A stretch of 64,000 nt of DNA from Candidatus Methylacidiphilales bacterium (GTDB lineage: Bacteria; Verrucomicrobiota; Verrucomicrobiia; Methylacidiphilales; JBCBYL01), in the NCBI GenBank assembly GCA_050329585.1, contig JBHJOR010000046.1:6658-70657 (forward strand), written 5' to 3'. Shown piece after piece: positions 22,650-33,666 of the stretch. The notes below the pieces were generated by a model, which was given only the letters and a program-made list of their open reading frames with translations, ran no database searches and was not told the DNA's origin. Both the position numbers and the translations under genes were made by a program. Position 1 is the stretch's first letter. Each line of letters starts with the position of its first letter.

Positions 22650-24350
22650 TTACGCCTTCTCCGGTTGTCCGGCCACTTTGGCCCAATCGTCCTTCAATCC
22701 CACCGTTCGATTCAATACCATGTGTTCAGTGGAAGTATCCGGATCCACGCAGAAGTAACCGATGCGTTCGAATTGGAAGCGAGTTCCGGCGGGAAGTGCC
22801 GCCACGCCCGGTTCGGCCAGACAGGTCACGTTTTGGAGTGAATGTGGATTATAATGGGTTTTGAAATCGATTTCCGCATCGCCATCCGGGCGTTCGACGT
22901 TGAACAACCGGTCGTAAAGCCGGGTCTCGCAACGCACGGCATGGGAGGCGGAAACCCAGTGGATGGTGGCCTTCACTTTGCGTCCGTCCGGGGCATCGCC
23001 ACCTCGGGTAGCGGGGTCGATCCGGCAGCGCAGTTCGATGATCTGGCCATCGGCATCCTTGATCGCCTCATCGCAGATCAGGAAATAAGCCCAGCGCAGG
23101 CGGACTTCACGGCCGGGTGCCAGCCGGAAAAATTTCTTGGGCGCGTCCTCCATGAAATCACCGCGCTCGATCCACAGTTCACTGCTGAACGGCACCGAGC
23201 GCGTGCCTGCCTCGGGATCTTCGGGATTGTTGACGGCTTCCAGCCATTCGATTTCTCCTTGAGGCCAGTTGGTGATCACCACCTTAAGCGGATCCATCAC
23301 ACCCATGAAGCGGGCGGCGGTTTTGTTCAGAACGGTTCGGGTGGAATGTTCGAGCAGAGCCACGTCGGTGAGTCCGTTGAATTTGGTAACTCCAATGGTA
23401 TCGCAAAAATTTCGAATGGCTTCCGGAGGAACCCCGCGGCGACGCAAACCGCAGAGAGTGGGCATGCGCGGGTCATCCCAGCCGGACACCATGCCGGTTT
23501 CCACCAACTCAAGCAGCTTGCGTTTGGACATCACGGTGTAGCTCAAATTGAGCCGGGCGAATTCATACTGACGGGAATGAAACAGTCCGAGCGTTTCCAA
23601 AAACCAATCGTAAAGCGGGCGGTGCACTTCGAACTCAAGTGAACAGAGTGAATGGGTGATCTGTTCCAAGGAATCGGACACGCAGTGCGCATAATCATAC
23701 ATGGGGTAGATGCACCACTGTGAGCCGGTGCGCCAGTGAGGCGCCTTGCGGATTCGGTAAACAGCGGGATCGCGCAGATGCATGTTCGGAGAGGCCAGGT
23801 CGATTTTAGCGCGGAGGGTTTTGGTGCCTTCCTCAAATTCTCCGGCTCGCATCCGGGAAAAAAGATCCAGACTTTCCCCGGCTGGCCGGTCGCGCCACGG
23901 GCTGGGGGTGGAGGGCGCCGTTGGAGTGCCGCGGTAAGTTCGCATTTGATCGGGGGTCAACTCGCAAACATAAGCCTTGTCCATTTGGATCAGCTGCACT
24001 GCCAAGTTGTAAAACGTTTCGAAGTAATCCGAAGCGTGGTAGAGGTGATCACCCCAGTCAAAGCCGAGCCAGCGGATATCGCGCTGGATGCCTTGCACAA
24101 ATTCGAGATCCTCTTTGGCTGGATTAGTGTCGTCAAAACGGAGGTGGCAGCGTCCGCCGAATTCCCGGGCCATGCCAAAGCTTAAGCAAACGGCTTTGGC
24201 ATGGCCGATATGCAGGTAGCCGTTGGGTTCGGGAGGGAAACGGGTGACCACGCGGCCTTCGTTTTTAGAAGCCGCCACGTCCTCACGGATGATTTGCCGG
24301 ATGAAGTGGTCTCCAGATACGGGTGCGGAGAGAGAGTCGGCGTTATGCAT
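22650..24350 (-). CDS. glnS: glutamine--tRNA ligase
   Basis: Has [17 protein letters not shown] (HIGH) and VMSKRKL (KMSKS) motifs and the GlnRS-type C-terminal beta-barrel region. The likely ATG is at 24350. Confidence 0.93.
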   Translation of the reverse strand: MHNADSLSAPVSGDHFIRQIIREDVAASKNEGRVVTRFPPEPNGYLHIGHAKAVCLSFGMAREFGGRCHLRFDDTNPAKEDLEFVQGIQRDIRWLGFDWGDHLYHASDYFETFYNLAVQLIQMDKAYVCELTPDQMRTYRGTPTAPSTPSPWRDRPAGESLDLFSRMRAGEFEEGTKTLRAKIDLASPNMHLRDPAVYRIRKAPHWRTGSQWCIYPMYDYAHCVSDSLEQITHSLCSLEFEVHRPLYDWFLETLGLFHSRQYEFARLNLSYTVMSKRKLLELVETGMVSGWDDPRMPTLCGLRRRGVPPEAIRNFCDTIGVTKFNGLTDVALLEHSTRTVLNKTAARFMGVMDPLKVVITNWPQGEIEWLEAVNNPEDPEAGTRSVPFSSELWIERGDFMEDAPKKFFRLAPGREVRLRWAYFLICDEAIKDADGQIIELRCRIDPATRGGDAPDGRKVKATIHWVSASHAVRCETRLYDRLFNVERPDGDAEIDFKTHYNPHSLQNVTCLAEPGVAALPAGTRFQFERIGYFCVDPDTSTEHMVLNRTVGLKDDWAKVAGQPEKA

Positions 24351-25722
24351 GGCTGAGCGATTGTTGAAGGGATTGGAGCCGGGCGATGACTTGAGATCGC
24401 CCCAGCACCGAGAGGACGGGCATGAGATCAAGTCCACCAGCGGAACCCGACACGGCGTAGCGCAGCACCGGAAAATATTCGCTAGGCTTGATGTCCTGAG
24501 CGGTGGCGGTCTGAGTGCAGCGTTCCTTCACGGAGTCGGCGTTCCAGTTTTCTTCGGACAGCGTTTCCAGTGCTGGAGTGATTTCGTTCAAGCGCTGAAG
24601 GGGAGAGCCTTTAGCGGAAAGTTTGTCCCAGACTTGGGGATCGCGTGGGGGCGGATTGACAAAAAAGTAGTCGATCAGTTGGGGTAGATCATGCAGTCGA
24701 TTGACTTTCTGTTGGGCTAGTGCCAGGACGCGCTCCACATAGTCCGGAGCGTGTTCCTCAATCCAGGCCTGAGGTAGAACCCGCCGTGCACGGGAGTTGA
24801 AGTCTGCCACAGGCAGTGCCCGCAGGGCCAGGCTGTTCAAATGCACCAGCTTCTCGTGGTCAAAACGGGCGTTGGAAGCAGCCACGCCGGAGAAATCAAA
24901 ATCCCGGATCAAATCTTCGATGGGCATGAGTTCACGTCCGTCTTTGGGTGACCATCCCAGCAGGCAGAGGTAGTTGCGCACGGCTTCCGGGAGAAATTGT
25001 TTTTCCATGTATTCTTCGACGAGCGCGCCCTCATCCCGTTTGCTCATTTTGCCCTTGCCGTTGGATTTGAGGATGAGCGGGATGTGCGCGTAGTGCGGGG
25101 GTTCGGCCCCGAAGGCTCGGAAGAGTTCACAATGTTTGCTGGTGTTGGATAAATGATCCTCGCCCCGGATGACATGGGTGATGCCCATGGTGAGATCATC
25201 CACCACATTGACCAGATGGAAGACCGGCTCACCGGAAGAACGGACAATTACAAAATCCCGCTCCTCAGCGCGTTCGACCCGCCCGCGGATCAGATCGTCA
25301 ATGATCTGCGGCGCGGCCCGCACTTTCTCGACCTCGCGTCCCAGGTGCGGATCCAATTCGTGGTAGCGTTCGCCTTCCAGTTTGAAATAGACCGCACCGT
25401 CTTGTTCATAGGCGCGTCCAGACGTTTTCAAACGCTGCACATATTCAGCGTAAAGAGAACCGCGCTGGCTTTGGAAATAGGGCCCGCAGGATCCACTCAC
25501 TTCCGGTCCTTCGTCCCAATCCAGGCCCAGCCAGCGCATGCCTTGAAGAAGGGCGGCGAGTGCATCGGGGGTATTGCGTTCGCGGTCGGTATCTTCGATG
25601 CGCAGGATGAAGGTGCCACCGCAATGGCGGGCGTAGAGCCAATTGAAAAGGGCGGTTCGGGCCGAGCCCACGTGAAACTGACCGGTAGGGGATGGGGCGA
25701 AGCGGACACGAACGGAGGACAT
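24343..25722 (-). CDS. gltX: glutamate--tRNA ligase
   Basis: Has [17 protein letters not shown] (HIGH-type) and KMSKRD motifs. 459 aa. Confidence 0.93.
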   Translation of the reverse strand: MSSVRVRFAPSPTGQFHVGSARTALFNWLYARHCGGTFILRIEDTDRERNTPDALAALLQGMRWLGLDWDEGPEVSGSCGPYFQSQRGSLYAEYVQRLKTSGRAYEQDGAVYFKLEGERYHELDPHLGREVEKVRAAPQIIDDLIRGRVERAEERDFVIVRSSGEPVFHLVNVVDDLTMGITHVIRGEDHLSNTSKHCELFRAFGAEPPHYAHIPLILKSNGKGKMSKRDEGALVEEYMEKQFLPEAVRNYLCLLGWSPKDGRELMPIEDLIRDFDFSGVAASNARFDHEKLVHLNSLALRALPVADFNSRARRVLPQAWIEEHAPDYVERVLALAQQKVNRLHDLPQLIDYFFVNPPPRDPQVWDKLSAKGSPLQRLNEITPALETLSEENWNADSVKERCTQTATAQDIKPSEYFPVLRYAVSGSAGGLDLMPVLSVLGRSQVIARLQSLQQSLSHA

Positions 25723-25803
25723 GAATTATGATAGTCGCACAACGGATAAGGTGGGCAACCTGAAAGTTAAGCCGTCTAGAGTCTGGAGGGCTGAAAAGAG
25801 CGG

Positions 25804-27291
25804 TTATTCACCCGCCGCGATGGGAGAGGTGGGGCGAGGAATGAATTTCCGCGATTCTTCGAGGGTCAGGCTGGGATTGCGATGGCGGATGTTCCACAGG
25901 CCGGTGATCCAATCAAATATGTCGGTGTTTTGGATCAACGGGGAAAGTTCTTGTGCACCGGGACCACGTGCCATCAGGGGAGCGGGTTCAGAGGTGTGCG
26001 TGGAGCCTGTCCATCCGATGCCTGTCCAGTTGCCGGTGATCTGGCTTATAATACCGTAGAAGGAGCGGTGTTGGTGGTTCCAATCGTTCGGATAGACGGT
26101 ATTCTGGGCATCCTGTATCCCCAGTAGGGTTAGCAGAGCATCGGTTTCGTGGGGGGCAAGGGATATTCCGGTGTGTTGTTGAACGATTTGTTTGCAGAGC
26201 GATGCGGCGGTAGAGAGCTTGAGCATGGCCAAGCGTCCGCGTAGTTCGATGAAAAGACTGCTGTAGGAAAGCTTGAAATCGGCTATGCGGGCAAAACAAT
26301 CCCCGCTTAAATCGTAACCCAGCCCCATACCGTTAAGTGCGGGTCCGCTGTTACCGTGGTCGGTGGTGGCAATGACCAAAATGTCACCGGCCCGCTGAGC
26401 CCAATCGTCGGCAACCGCAAGGGCGTCGTCAAAAGCCAATTGGTCGTGGAGAAGAGCGGCGATGTCGTTGACGTGCGCAGCGTGATCCACTCGAGCGGCT
26501 TCGACCATCAGAAAAAATCCTTCGCGCCGGTCAAGCCGTCCCAGTGCGTCGGCGGTGAGTTCCGCCAAAGTGGGCACTTTTTCTTGCAGGCTGGCACTGG
26601 CGAGATGGTCGATCGAATAAGGAAGGTGATCGTAGGTATAAAGTCCGAGGACGCGCGAGCTGCGGTCGGAGAGCATGGCGGAACGGGTCGGGCAAATCGA
26701 GTAACCTGCGGTACGGTATTCCTCCAGTAGATCTCGTTCGTCGTTGCGATACTCGGAGGAAAAGTGACCTAGCCCACCGCCGTGCAGGACGTCGACCCGT
26801 CCGAGATATTGTGGGGCGATATGGTCTTCATCATCGCGCAGGAAGGCTTGGGTGGCGAAGGCGGCGGGTGTGGCGTGGGTCATACGGGAAGTGGTGACCA
26901 ATCCGTTGCGGCGACCGGATTCGTGCGTCAGCTCACAAAGAGTTTTAAGAGGACGGCGGTCGGCCAAGGTATTGATGGATCGGTTGATGAGGCGGACGCC
27001 TGAGCCCCATGCGCTGCCTGCGGCGGCGGAATCAGTCGTAGGAGTGTTAAGTGACGCGGTATTCATTTCCACCCGGACGGTGGCGGAATCGGCCAGCCAT
27101 TGGTTCCAGCGGGTTCCACGACTGCGAAGTTGTTGGGAGAACATTTCGGTCAGCGCAGGAACCGATTGGCTCATTCCATCGGAAACCAAAAAAATGATGC
27201 CGCGTGGTTTTCGTGATAGACGGCTGCAGCCAGCTACAAAAGACCAACCTGCCGCCCCTGCACCTAACTTAAAAAGATCCCTGCGTTTCAT
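25804..27291 (-). CDS. alkaline phosphatase (PhoA family), Tat-signal lipoprotein
   Basis: Has DGMS, TDSAAAGSAW (nucleophile Ser context) and TTDHG motifs. The N-terminus KRRDLFKLG...VAGC looks like a twin-arginine signal plus a lipobox. Confidence 0.85.
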   Translation of the reverse strand: MKRRDLFKLGAGAAGWSFVAGCSRLSRKPRGIIFLVSDGMSQSVPALTEMFSQQLRSRGTRWNQWLADSATVRVEMNTASLNTPTTDSAAAGSAWGSGVRLINRSINTLADRRPLKTLCELTHESGRRNGLVTTSRMTHATPAAFATQAFLRDDEDHIAPQYLGRVDVLHGGGLGHFSSEYRNDERDLLEEYRTAGYSICPTRSAMLSDRSSRVLGLYTYDHLPYSIDHLASASLQEKVPTLAELTADALGRLDRREGFFLMVEAARVDHAAHVNDIAALLHDQLAFDDALAVADDWAQRAGDILVIATTDHGNSGPALNGMGLGYDLSGDCFARIADFKLSYSSLFIELRGRLAMLKLSTAASLCKQIVQQHTGISLAPHETDALLTLLGIQDAQNTVYPNDWNHQHRSFYGIISQITGNWTGIGWTGSTHTSEPAPLMARGPGAQELSPLIQNTDIFDWITGLWNIRHRNPSLTLEESRKFIPRPTSPIAAGE

Positions 27292-27445
27292 GGCGGAAGC
27301 GTGGCAGATGGGTAAAGGTTCGTCACGTTACATCCACACGACACGCGTATCTTGGTGTGTTTGATCTGGATCACCATGGTTTTGCACTCGACTCTAGCTC
27401 AGCCTTGGGCTTACTTGGTCTTCCGCAACGCAGCGGTCACGCTAC

Positions 27446-28774
27446 ATGAAACGCGATTATTTTGAGGTCACGGGAAAAACTCCTCTTTACGGCACCATTC
27501 AGCCGCAGGGCAATAAGAACGAAGCCATGCCGGTGTTGGCCGCCTGCTGTCTGAGCGATGAACCGGTTCATATTGAGAACGTCCCGCCCATTGAGGACGT
27601 AAAAAAGGTTGAGGAGATGCTCGAACACCTCGGGGTATCGATTCAAGCCCGAGAGGGTGATCTGCGCCAGACCTTGACTCTCCATGCGGCCAATACACCG
27701 ACGCCGGATTTGTCCAATGAAACGGCGGGCAAGCTGCGCGGGTCCTTAACCTTCGCCGGACCCCTCTTGGCCCGTTGCGGGCGGGTTTTGCTGCGGCGTC
27801 CAGGAGGGGATCGCATTGGGCGCCGTCGTCTTGACACACACTTCATGGCGTTGCAGGCATTGGGTGTCACCATTCGGGAGACCAACGATGCGCTGGAACT
27901 GAAAACGTCCGGACTCAAAGGAGCGGATATTCTGCTGGATGAAGCGTCTGTGACTGCCACGGAAAACACGGTGATGGCGGCAGTGCTGGCTGAGGGTAAA
28001 ACCGTCATTCGTAACGCGGCCAGTGAGCCGCATGTTCAGGGGCTTTGCCGTTTATTAGTGCGGATGGGTGCCAAAATCAAAGGCATCGGTTCCAACATCC
28101 TGGAAATCCAGGGAGTAAAAAAACTTCACGGTGCGCGCCATCGCATCGGGCCCGATTATCTGGAGGTGGGCAGTTTTATTTCGCTGGCGGCTTGCACCCG
28201 AGGGGAAATCCTGATTAAGGATGCGGATCTTCCCAATCTGCGTATGATTCGCCTTCAGTTTTCCCGATTGGGCATCGAGACCATCGCGCAGGGGAGGGAT
28301 CTGCTGGTGCCGGCTAAACAGACCCGCCGCATCGTTTCGGATTGGGGCGGTGCTATTCCTAAGATTGATGATGCGCCGTGGCCGGGCTTCCCTGCTGACA
28401 TGACTTCGGTGGCCCTAGTGACCGCCACGCAGTGCAAAGGAACCGTTTTAATTCACGAGAAAATGTTTGAATCACGTCTGTATTTCACCGATCCGCTGAT
28501 CAACATGGGTGCGGCCATTGTTTTGTGTGACCCGCATCGTGCTGTGGTGATCGGACCGGAGAAACTGCGTCGGGCACGGTTGGTCAGTCCGGACATCCGG
28601 GCGGGCATGGCCATGTTAATCGCAGCGCTCTGCGCGGAGGGCACCTCGACCATTGATAATGTGATTCAAATTGACCGCGGGTTTGCTCATATCGATGAGC
28701 GGTTGCGAGCGCTGGGTGCCAAAATTACGCGTATGCGCTACCATTCAGCTGATGAGGCGGTTCCCACCCGATGA
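27446..28774 (+). CDS. murA: UDP-N-acetylglucosamine 1-carboxyvinyltransferase
   Basis: Collinear by eye with E. coli MurA over its full length ([12 protein letters not shown]..., PGGDRIG..., [17 protein letters not shown]). Confidence 0.95.
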   Translation: MKRDYFEVTGKTPLYGTIQPQGNKNEAMPVLAACCLSDEPVHIENVPPIEDVKKVEEMLEHLGVSIQAREGDLRQTLTLHAANTPTPDLSNETAGKLRGSLTFAGPLLARCGRVLLRRPGGDRIGRRRLDTHFMALQALGVTIRETNDALELKTSGLKGADILLDEASVTATENTVMAAVLAEGKTVIRNAASEPHVQGLCRLLVRMGAKIKGIGSNILEIQGVKKLHGARHRIGPDYLEVGSFISLAACTRGEILIKDADLPNLRMIRLQFSRLGIETIAQGRDLLVPAKQTRRIVSDWGGAIPKIDDAPWPGFPADMTSVALVTATQCKGTVLIHEKMFESRLYFTDPLINMGAAIVLCDPHRAVVIGPEKLRRARLVSPDIRAGMAMLIAALCAEGTSTIDNVIQIDRGFAHIDERLRALGAKITRMRYHSADEAVPTR

Positions 28775-29403
28775 ACACTCCGAAACAACCTTTGATCCTC
28801 ACCGGAGGGCTGGCAGTGACTAACGCCTACGCTTTTTCTACTTGCGACGGATGGTGGCTCATCGACGCGCCGGAGGAAACGGCGGCGGTGCTACAAGAGC
28901 GTGGTCTGAGGGTGGCTGGCATGATTTTGACTCATGGTCATTGGGATCACATCTGGGATGCTGCGGAAATCGCCTCCGAACACGATTGTCCGGTCATTGC
29001 TCACCCGGAGGATCGCGCTCTGTTTGAAAATCCGAACCTGATGGCTTCTTTTGGTCTGCCTGAAACACTACGCCCTGTTCCGGTCAGTCGTTATGTTCAG
29101 GAAGGTGAGACCATACAAGCGGGGGAATATGGCATTGAGGTGCTGCATCTTCCGGGGCACTGCCCGGGCTCCATTGGGCTTTATTTACCCGAAGAAGGGG
29201 TGCTGTTCGGAGGTGATGTTCTTTTTGCGGGCGGGGTGGGGCGCTGGGATTTACCCGGGGGAAGTCATGCGGTGTTGATGCGCTCCATCCGGGAGAAGGT
29301 GTTGTTGTTACCCGAAGAGACCGTGGTTTATCCCGGTCATGGTGAATCGACCACGGTGGGGGATGAACGGGACAGTAATCCCTTTATTCAGGATCCGGTT
29401 TAA
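28771..29403 (+). CDS. MBL-fold metallo-hydrolase (glyoxalase II-like)
   Basis: Has THGHWDH, GHCPGS and PGHG motifs. The start overlaps the murA stop. Confidence 0.85.
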   Translation: MNTPKQPLILTGGLAVTNAYAFSTCDGWWLIDAPEETAAVLQERGLRVAGMILTHGHWDHIWDAAEIASEHDCPVIAHPEDRALFENPNLMASFGLPETLRPVPVSRYVQEGETIQAGEYGIEVLHLPGHCPGSIGLYLPEEGVLFGGDVLFAGGVGRWDLPGGSHAVLMRSIREKVLLLPEETVVYPGHGESTTVGDERDSNPFIQDPV

Positions 29404-29439
29404 CGGGATTCAAGCGGTCTTTTCAACTCCTCAGCGGTT

Positions 29440-29850
29440 TCAAGCCGACTCCTGCCGTGCTTTTTTGAAGAGTTCCACCACCCGGATGAGCATGAACATG
29501 ATCAGTGCCACAACGAAGAAGACCAACAGCACCCAGGCCAAGCCTTGAAGGGATTCGATGACCGTGCGATAGACTTCCAAGACCCAACGCTCCGGAGTAA
29601 GTTCGAGGATTTTTCCCTCGCCCCGGTAATCCATGGGTTTGATGTATTTTTCGATATCATAAATCCGGACACCCGACGAGATACCCACCACATAAAGGGC
29701 AAAGATCAGGTAGGTCAGCCATGAGGAATGGATGTCATCTTGGATGATGCGTTTCAAGATGCTGGCGGCCGGTTTCCTGAACAGTTGTGCTGTGATGGCG
29801 GCCACCAAGGTGGAAAGAATAAAGGTCACGAGGAGGAGGGTGTAGAACAT
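29440..29850 (-). CDS. hypothetical membrane protein
   Basis: Three predicted hydrophobic helices. The internal Met at 29850 avoids overlap with the upstream gene. No family recognised. Confidence 0.45.
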   Translation of the reverse strand: MFYTLLLVTFILSTLVAAITAQLFRKPAASILKRIIQDDIHSSWLTYLIFALYVVGISSGVRIYDIEKYIKPMDYRGEGKILELTPERWVLEVYRTVIESLQGLAWVLLVFFVVALIMFMLIRVVELFKKARQESA

Positions 29851-29893
29851 GGCACTTTGTTTGCTGGAGTGGTTGATGGATGATGAAAGATGA

Positions 29894-30847
29894 TCAGTAT
29901 TGCGGCCCGGCCTGTGAAGGCGCTTGAGCTTGCCAGCCATAACTCATATAACGTGAGGTCGGCGGTTTGCCCCCCACCGCAGAGATTTCGGCAAAACCTT
30001 CATGAGTGCCTAGATTGGGGCCTTTCCACCAGGCACCGCAGACCGCGCCGGCCATCACGAAAGAGGTTTGGTTCCAGGTGATGGTTTCATTGACGTGAAG
30101 ATGGCCCTGCAACACGGTATGCAGAGGTCGACCTTCAAAAAGGGTCAGCACCTCGTTGGCATTTTCCACCACCAAATTCGGCGGCAGTGCGGCGGTGGAA
30201 TCATAACGCGCTTGCATGAACGTAGTGCGCAGAGGAATGTGGGTGCAGAGCACCAGGGGTTGATCGGCCGGCTGAGCGGCAAGATCTTCCTTCAACCATG
30301 ACATTTGGGCCTCGTCGATGAACCCGCGGTAAAATCCGTAGGGCTGCTTCCCGCCCACCACTTGAACCGATTGGAGCACGATGAAGTGGTAACCTCCAAA
30401 ATCGAACGAACGGTAAAGCGCGGCTGCCGCGTCAATACCCATGAATTGACGATACATGGAGGTGGGATCGCCGGGACGGATGTTGCCTTCTTGATCCACC
30501 GCTTCCACAAAGTCATGGTTGCCAATCATCCATTCTGCCGGAACCTTCAAGGAATCCACCCATTTTCTAAAAAGCGTGAAACGTTGCCTTGAAGTGGATG
30601 CGTCCCCCGCAAATCCTCCGTGAATGAAATCGCCGCCTCCGATGAGCAGATCAGGTTTGAGCTCATGGATCTTGCGGGCCAGTAAGGCGAGTGCTTCAGG
30701 CGCGCCACGTTCTTCCATGGTATGAAAATCAGTCAGAAAAAGAAGCCGGAAGGATCGATCCGAGGTGGAACGAGAGCTTCCGCAGCCCGGCAGTGTGAGC
30801 ATCGCCGCAGCACAGATCCCCTGGATAAGCTCGCGCCGTTTCAACAT
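29894..30847 (-). CDS. metallophosphoesterase (calcineurin-like), exported
   Basis: Has DFH, GGGDFIHG and GNHD motifs. The N-terminal KRRELIQG...LPGCGS looks like a Tat/lipoprotein signal. Confidence 0.8.
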   Translation of the reverse strand: MLKRRELIQGICAAAMLTLPGCGSSRSTSDRSFRLLFLTDFHTMEERGAPEALALLARKIHELKPDLLIGGGDFIHGGFAGDASTSRQRFTLFRKWVDSLKVPAEWMIGNHDFVEAVDQEGNIRPGDPTSMYRQFMGIDAAAALYRSFDFGGYHFIVLQSVQVVGGKQPYGFYRGFIDEAQMSWLKEDLAAQPADQPLVLCTHIPLRTTFMQARYDSTAALPPNLVVENANEVLTLFEGRPLHTVLQGHLHVNETITWNQTSFVMAGAVCGAWWKGPNLGTHEGFAEISAVGGKPPTSRYMSYGWQAQAPSQAGPQY

Positions 30848-30857
30848 CAGACTCCTT

Positions 30858-32030
30858 TCAGCCTTGGTTGGGGTCCTTCAGTGCCATCAATTCGACAGGA
30901 CTATGAAGGCCCTTGGATTGAATCAGAAATTTGAAGGATGTTCCCAGCATTTCCGGATGCATCAGGGTGCGGAAGGCGCGCGCTGCGGACATCACCTGGG
31001 GGTCGTTGGGATTTTCCAGCACCATGGCTTCTTGAAAGGCGAGGTATTCGTGGCGCGCCACGCCGACCATGAAGTGATGTTGATCCACCAGACCTTCCAA
31101 ACGGAGGCCGACGCTTTCTCCCGAGGAGATCAAGAGGTCAAAATTGACATGAGCGGTGATGTCCTGCGCTCCCACCCGGATCAGCGGATCATAGGATTTG
31201 CGGTGTTGGTAATAACAGGTCAGGGTGCCGTCAATGCGGTTGGCGTGATACAGCAGGTGGCCGGGGAAGCCGTAATCCACGGTGACCACAAAGCCGCGAT
31301 CCAAAGCGCGTCCGACTCCCTCCATCCACGGGCCGGCTTTCAGGTTGATTTCGGTGGTGTATTTTTCAATACGGGGGAGATCCCAGCGTTGGATATGTGA
31401 CAGGAGCAGCGGATCGGAAATGTCTTGCAGAACCCATGAGAAAGCGTTGCGTTGATTCAAGCCTACCCGCTGTTCTTTCCATACTCCCTGACGGTAGGTC
31501 ACCATGTGGGTGGGAAAGCTGTCCACCAGTTCGTTGGTGAAAAAGATGCCCGTGGCTGCCGCGCCCTCGAGTTGTTCCACGGAGTCCACCCAATAGACAT
31601 GTTGTTGATGCCCATGGCTGGCAAGGGTCTCTTCTTGTTTGGCACGCAGTGGAGGGAAAGGCTCCACGAACCAATACGCACAGCGTTGGTAAAGGTCGGG
31701 CCGCCACTTGGAGAGCCAGTCGAGCACGTCCATGGCGAATTGTCCGGTATTGGCTCCCTGTTCAATGATGACAAAGGTTTCCGGCTCACCCAAGATGCGC
31801 CACATTTCCTCAAACTGTTGACCGAGAAGTTGGCCAAAGAGATGGCTCACGCTGACGTTGGTGTAAAAATCGCCGTAGCGACCCACATGCGGATCGCCGC
31901 TCAGGTAGTATCCCCACTGGGGGTGATACAACGCTTCCTGCATGAAGTCAGAAAAGCACAAGGGGCCTTCGGCGGATATGCGATGGCGAAGGTGGGCTTC
32001 TAATTCGGGGTGACCGGCTTCCGTCTTCAT
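30858..32030 (-). CDS. SAM-dependent methyltransferase, MidA/NDUFAF7 (COG1565, DUF185) family
   Basis: N-terminal FSDFMQEALYHPQWGYY...GDFYTNVSVSHLFGQ is the hallmark of the MidA/NDUFAF7 family. 390 aa. Confidence 0.8.
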   Translation of the reverse strand: MKTEAGHPELEAHLRHRISAEGPLCFSDFMQEALYHPQWGYYLSGDPHVGRYGDFYTNVSVSHLFGQLLGQQFEEMWRILGEPETFVIIEQGANTGQFAMDVLDWLSKWRPDLYQRCAYWFVEPFPPLRAKQEETLASHGHQQHVYWVDSVEQLEGAAATGIFFTNELVDSFPTHMVTYRQGVWKEQRVGLNQRNAFSWVLQDISDPLLLSHIQRWDLPRIEKYTTEINLKAGPWMEGVGRALDRGFVVTVDYGFPGHLLYHANRIDGTLTCYYQHRKSYDPLIRVGAQDITAHVNFDLLISSGESVGLRLEGLVDQHHFMVGVARHEYLAFQEAMVLENPNDPQVMSAARAFRTLMHPEMLGTSFKFLIQSKGLHSPVELMALKDPNQG

Positions 32031-32080
32031 AAGATAGGTTGGATAAACCGGAAGAAATTTTTTCGATTCCAGCTCAGATC

Positions 32081-32458
32081 CTAGCGTTTATTCCAGTCGA
32101 ACACGCCCTTTTTGTAAGCATAGAGGTGTCCGACTTCCAAGAGCAGGATGAAAAAGAACATAGCCCAGAACACTTGGGCACCGCCGGTGATGAGATTGTC
32201 ACGGAAGCTCAAGGCCCACGGATACATAAAGATGACTTCAATGTCGAAAAGGATGAAAATCATGGCCACTAGATAAAATTTGACTGAAAAACGAGGTTGG
32301 GAGGGGCCGACCGCCACCTTGCCGCACTCGTAGGCGGAGTCCTTGGCACTGGAGGCGCGACCGCGTTTGCCGATTATCATGGAGAGAACGACCCCGCCCA
32401 CTGCGACACATAAAGCGAAGAAAAGTTGGATAACGATGGGGAAATAATCAGAAACCAC
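32081..32458 (-). CDS. nuoA: NADH-quinone oxidoreductase subunit A
   Basis: 125 aa with three TM helices and the YECG and FDIEVIFMYPWA motifs of NuoA/ND3. Confidence 0.85.
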   Translation of the reverse strand: MVSDYFPIVIQLFFALCVAVGGVVLSMIIGKRGRASSAKDSAYECGKVAVGPSQPRFSVKFYLVAMIFILFDIEVIFMYPWALSFRDNLITGGAQVFWAMFFFILLLEVGHLYAYKKGVFDWNKR

Positions 32459-32534
32459 GTCTTAGCAATACCCCCGCTTAAAGGCTTGGCAAGTGGGAAG
32501 TTTCCGTTGATTAAACCCCACTCAGCCAACCGGG

Positions 32535-33608
32535 TCAGGCGGATCGGCGCTGGCGCACCGCAGCAGCGAGTTCTTCAAGCACCGGGACCGTATCCCGGAA
32601 TGAAATGCAGGCGTCCGTAATACTCTGTCCATAAACTGCCTTGCCGGGAACATACGCCTGATTACCTTCAATCAGATGGCTTTCCAGCATAATGCCTGAA
32701 ATGTCGGAGTTACCTGCGGCGATTTGTCCGGCCAAGTAGGAGGCTACTGCGGGCTGGCGAGTGTAATCTTTGTTACTGTTTCCGTGGGAACAATCGACCA
32801 TTAATCGTGTGGTGCAACCGCATTCTTTTAGCATCTCGATGGCCTCGAGGATATGGGGCAGTTCGTAGTTGGGGCCGGTGCGCGATCCGCCGCGTAAGAT
32901 GAGGTGGCAATCCGGATTTCCACGGGTTTCGAAGATCGCCGCTACGCCTTGTTTGGTAACGGAATTGAACCAGTGACCGTGCGATGCAGATCGGATAGCA
33001 TCCACCGCAATACGGACACTGCCACCGGTGCCGTTCTTAAAGCCCACCGGCATGGATAAGCCTGAAGCCAACTCCCGGTGAATCTGGCTTTCTGTGGTGC
33101 GCGCGCCAATGGCTCCCCACGCCACCAGATCGGCAATGAACTGGGGAGTGATGGTATCGAGAAACTCGGTAGCACAGGGCAGTCCCATGTGAGAAATCTC
33201 TAAAAGGAGAGCCCGTGCCATGCGCAATCCTTTATTAATCTGGAAGGAGTTATCGATGAATGGATCATTAATCATGCCTTTCCAGCCCACTACAGTTCGA
33301 GGTTTTTCAAAATAAACCCGCATGACAAGTATCAAATCTTTCGCCAGTCGATCTGCCACCGGTTTGAGTTCTTTAACGTAATCAATGGCTGCTTCCGGAT
33401 CATGAATCGAACAAGGTCCGGTCACCACGACCAGACGGTCATCTTCGCCCCGGAAAACCCGGCTGATTGCCTGACGGCTTTGCGATACAAAGGCCGCTAC
33501 AGGGTCGGGCACCGGAATGTCCTCAATCAGGATGGCAGGTGGAAGCAGGGGTCGCAGCGATGCGATACGGGTGTCGTCAATTTTTTCGGGCATAAAGGCG
33601 TGTGGCAT
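32535..33608 (-). CDS. 3-deoxy-7-phosphoheptulonate (DAHP) synthase, class I (AroF/G/H type)
   Basis: 357 aa with GPCSIHD, KPRT, GARTTESQ and DCSHGNS motifs. Confidence 0.93.
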   Translation of the reverse strand: MPHAFMPEKIDDTRIASLRPLLPPAILIEDIPVPDPVAAFVSQSRQAISRVFRGEDDRLVVVTGPCSIHDPEAAIDYVKELKPVADRLAKDLILVMRVYFEKPRTVVGWKGMINDPFIDNSFQINKGLRMARALLLEISHMGLPCATEFLDTITPQFIADLVAWGAIGARTTESQIHRELASGLSMPVGFKNGTGGSVRIAVDAIRSASHGHWFNSVTKQGVAAIFETRGNPDCHLILRGGSRTGPNYELPHILEAIEMLKECGCTTRLMVDCSHGNSNKDYTRQPAVASYLAGQIAAGNSDISGIMLESHLIEGNQAYVPGKAVYGQSITDACISFRDTVPVLEELAAAVRQRRSA

Positions 33609-33666
33609 TCAAAAGCAAAACCGGCGGACTGGCAATCCCCTGTTCTGCATTTCATGGTTTCCATGG

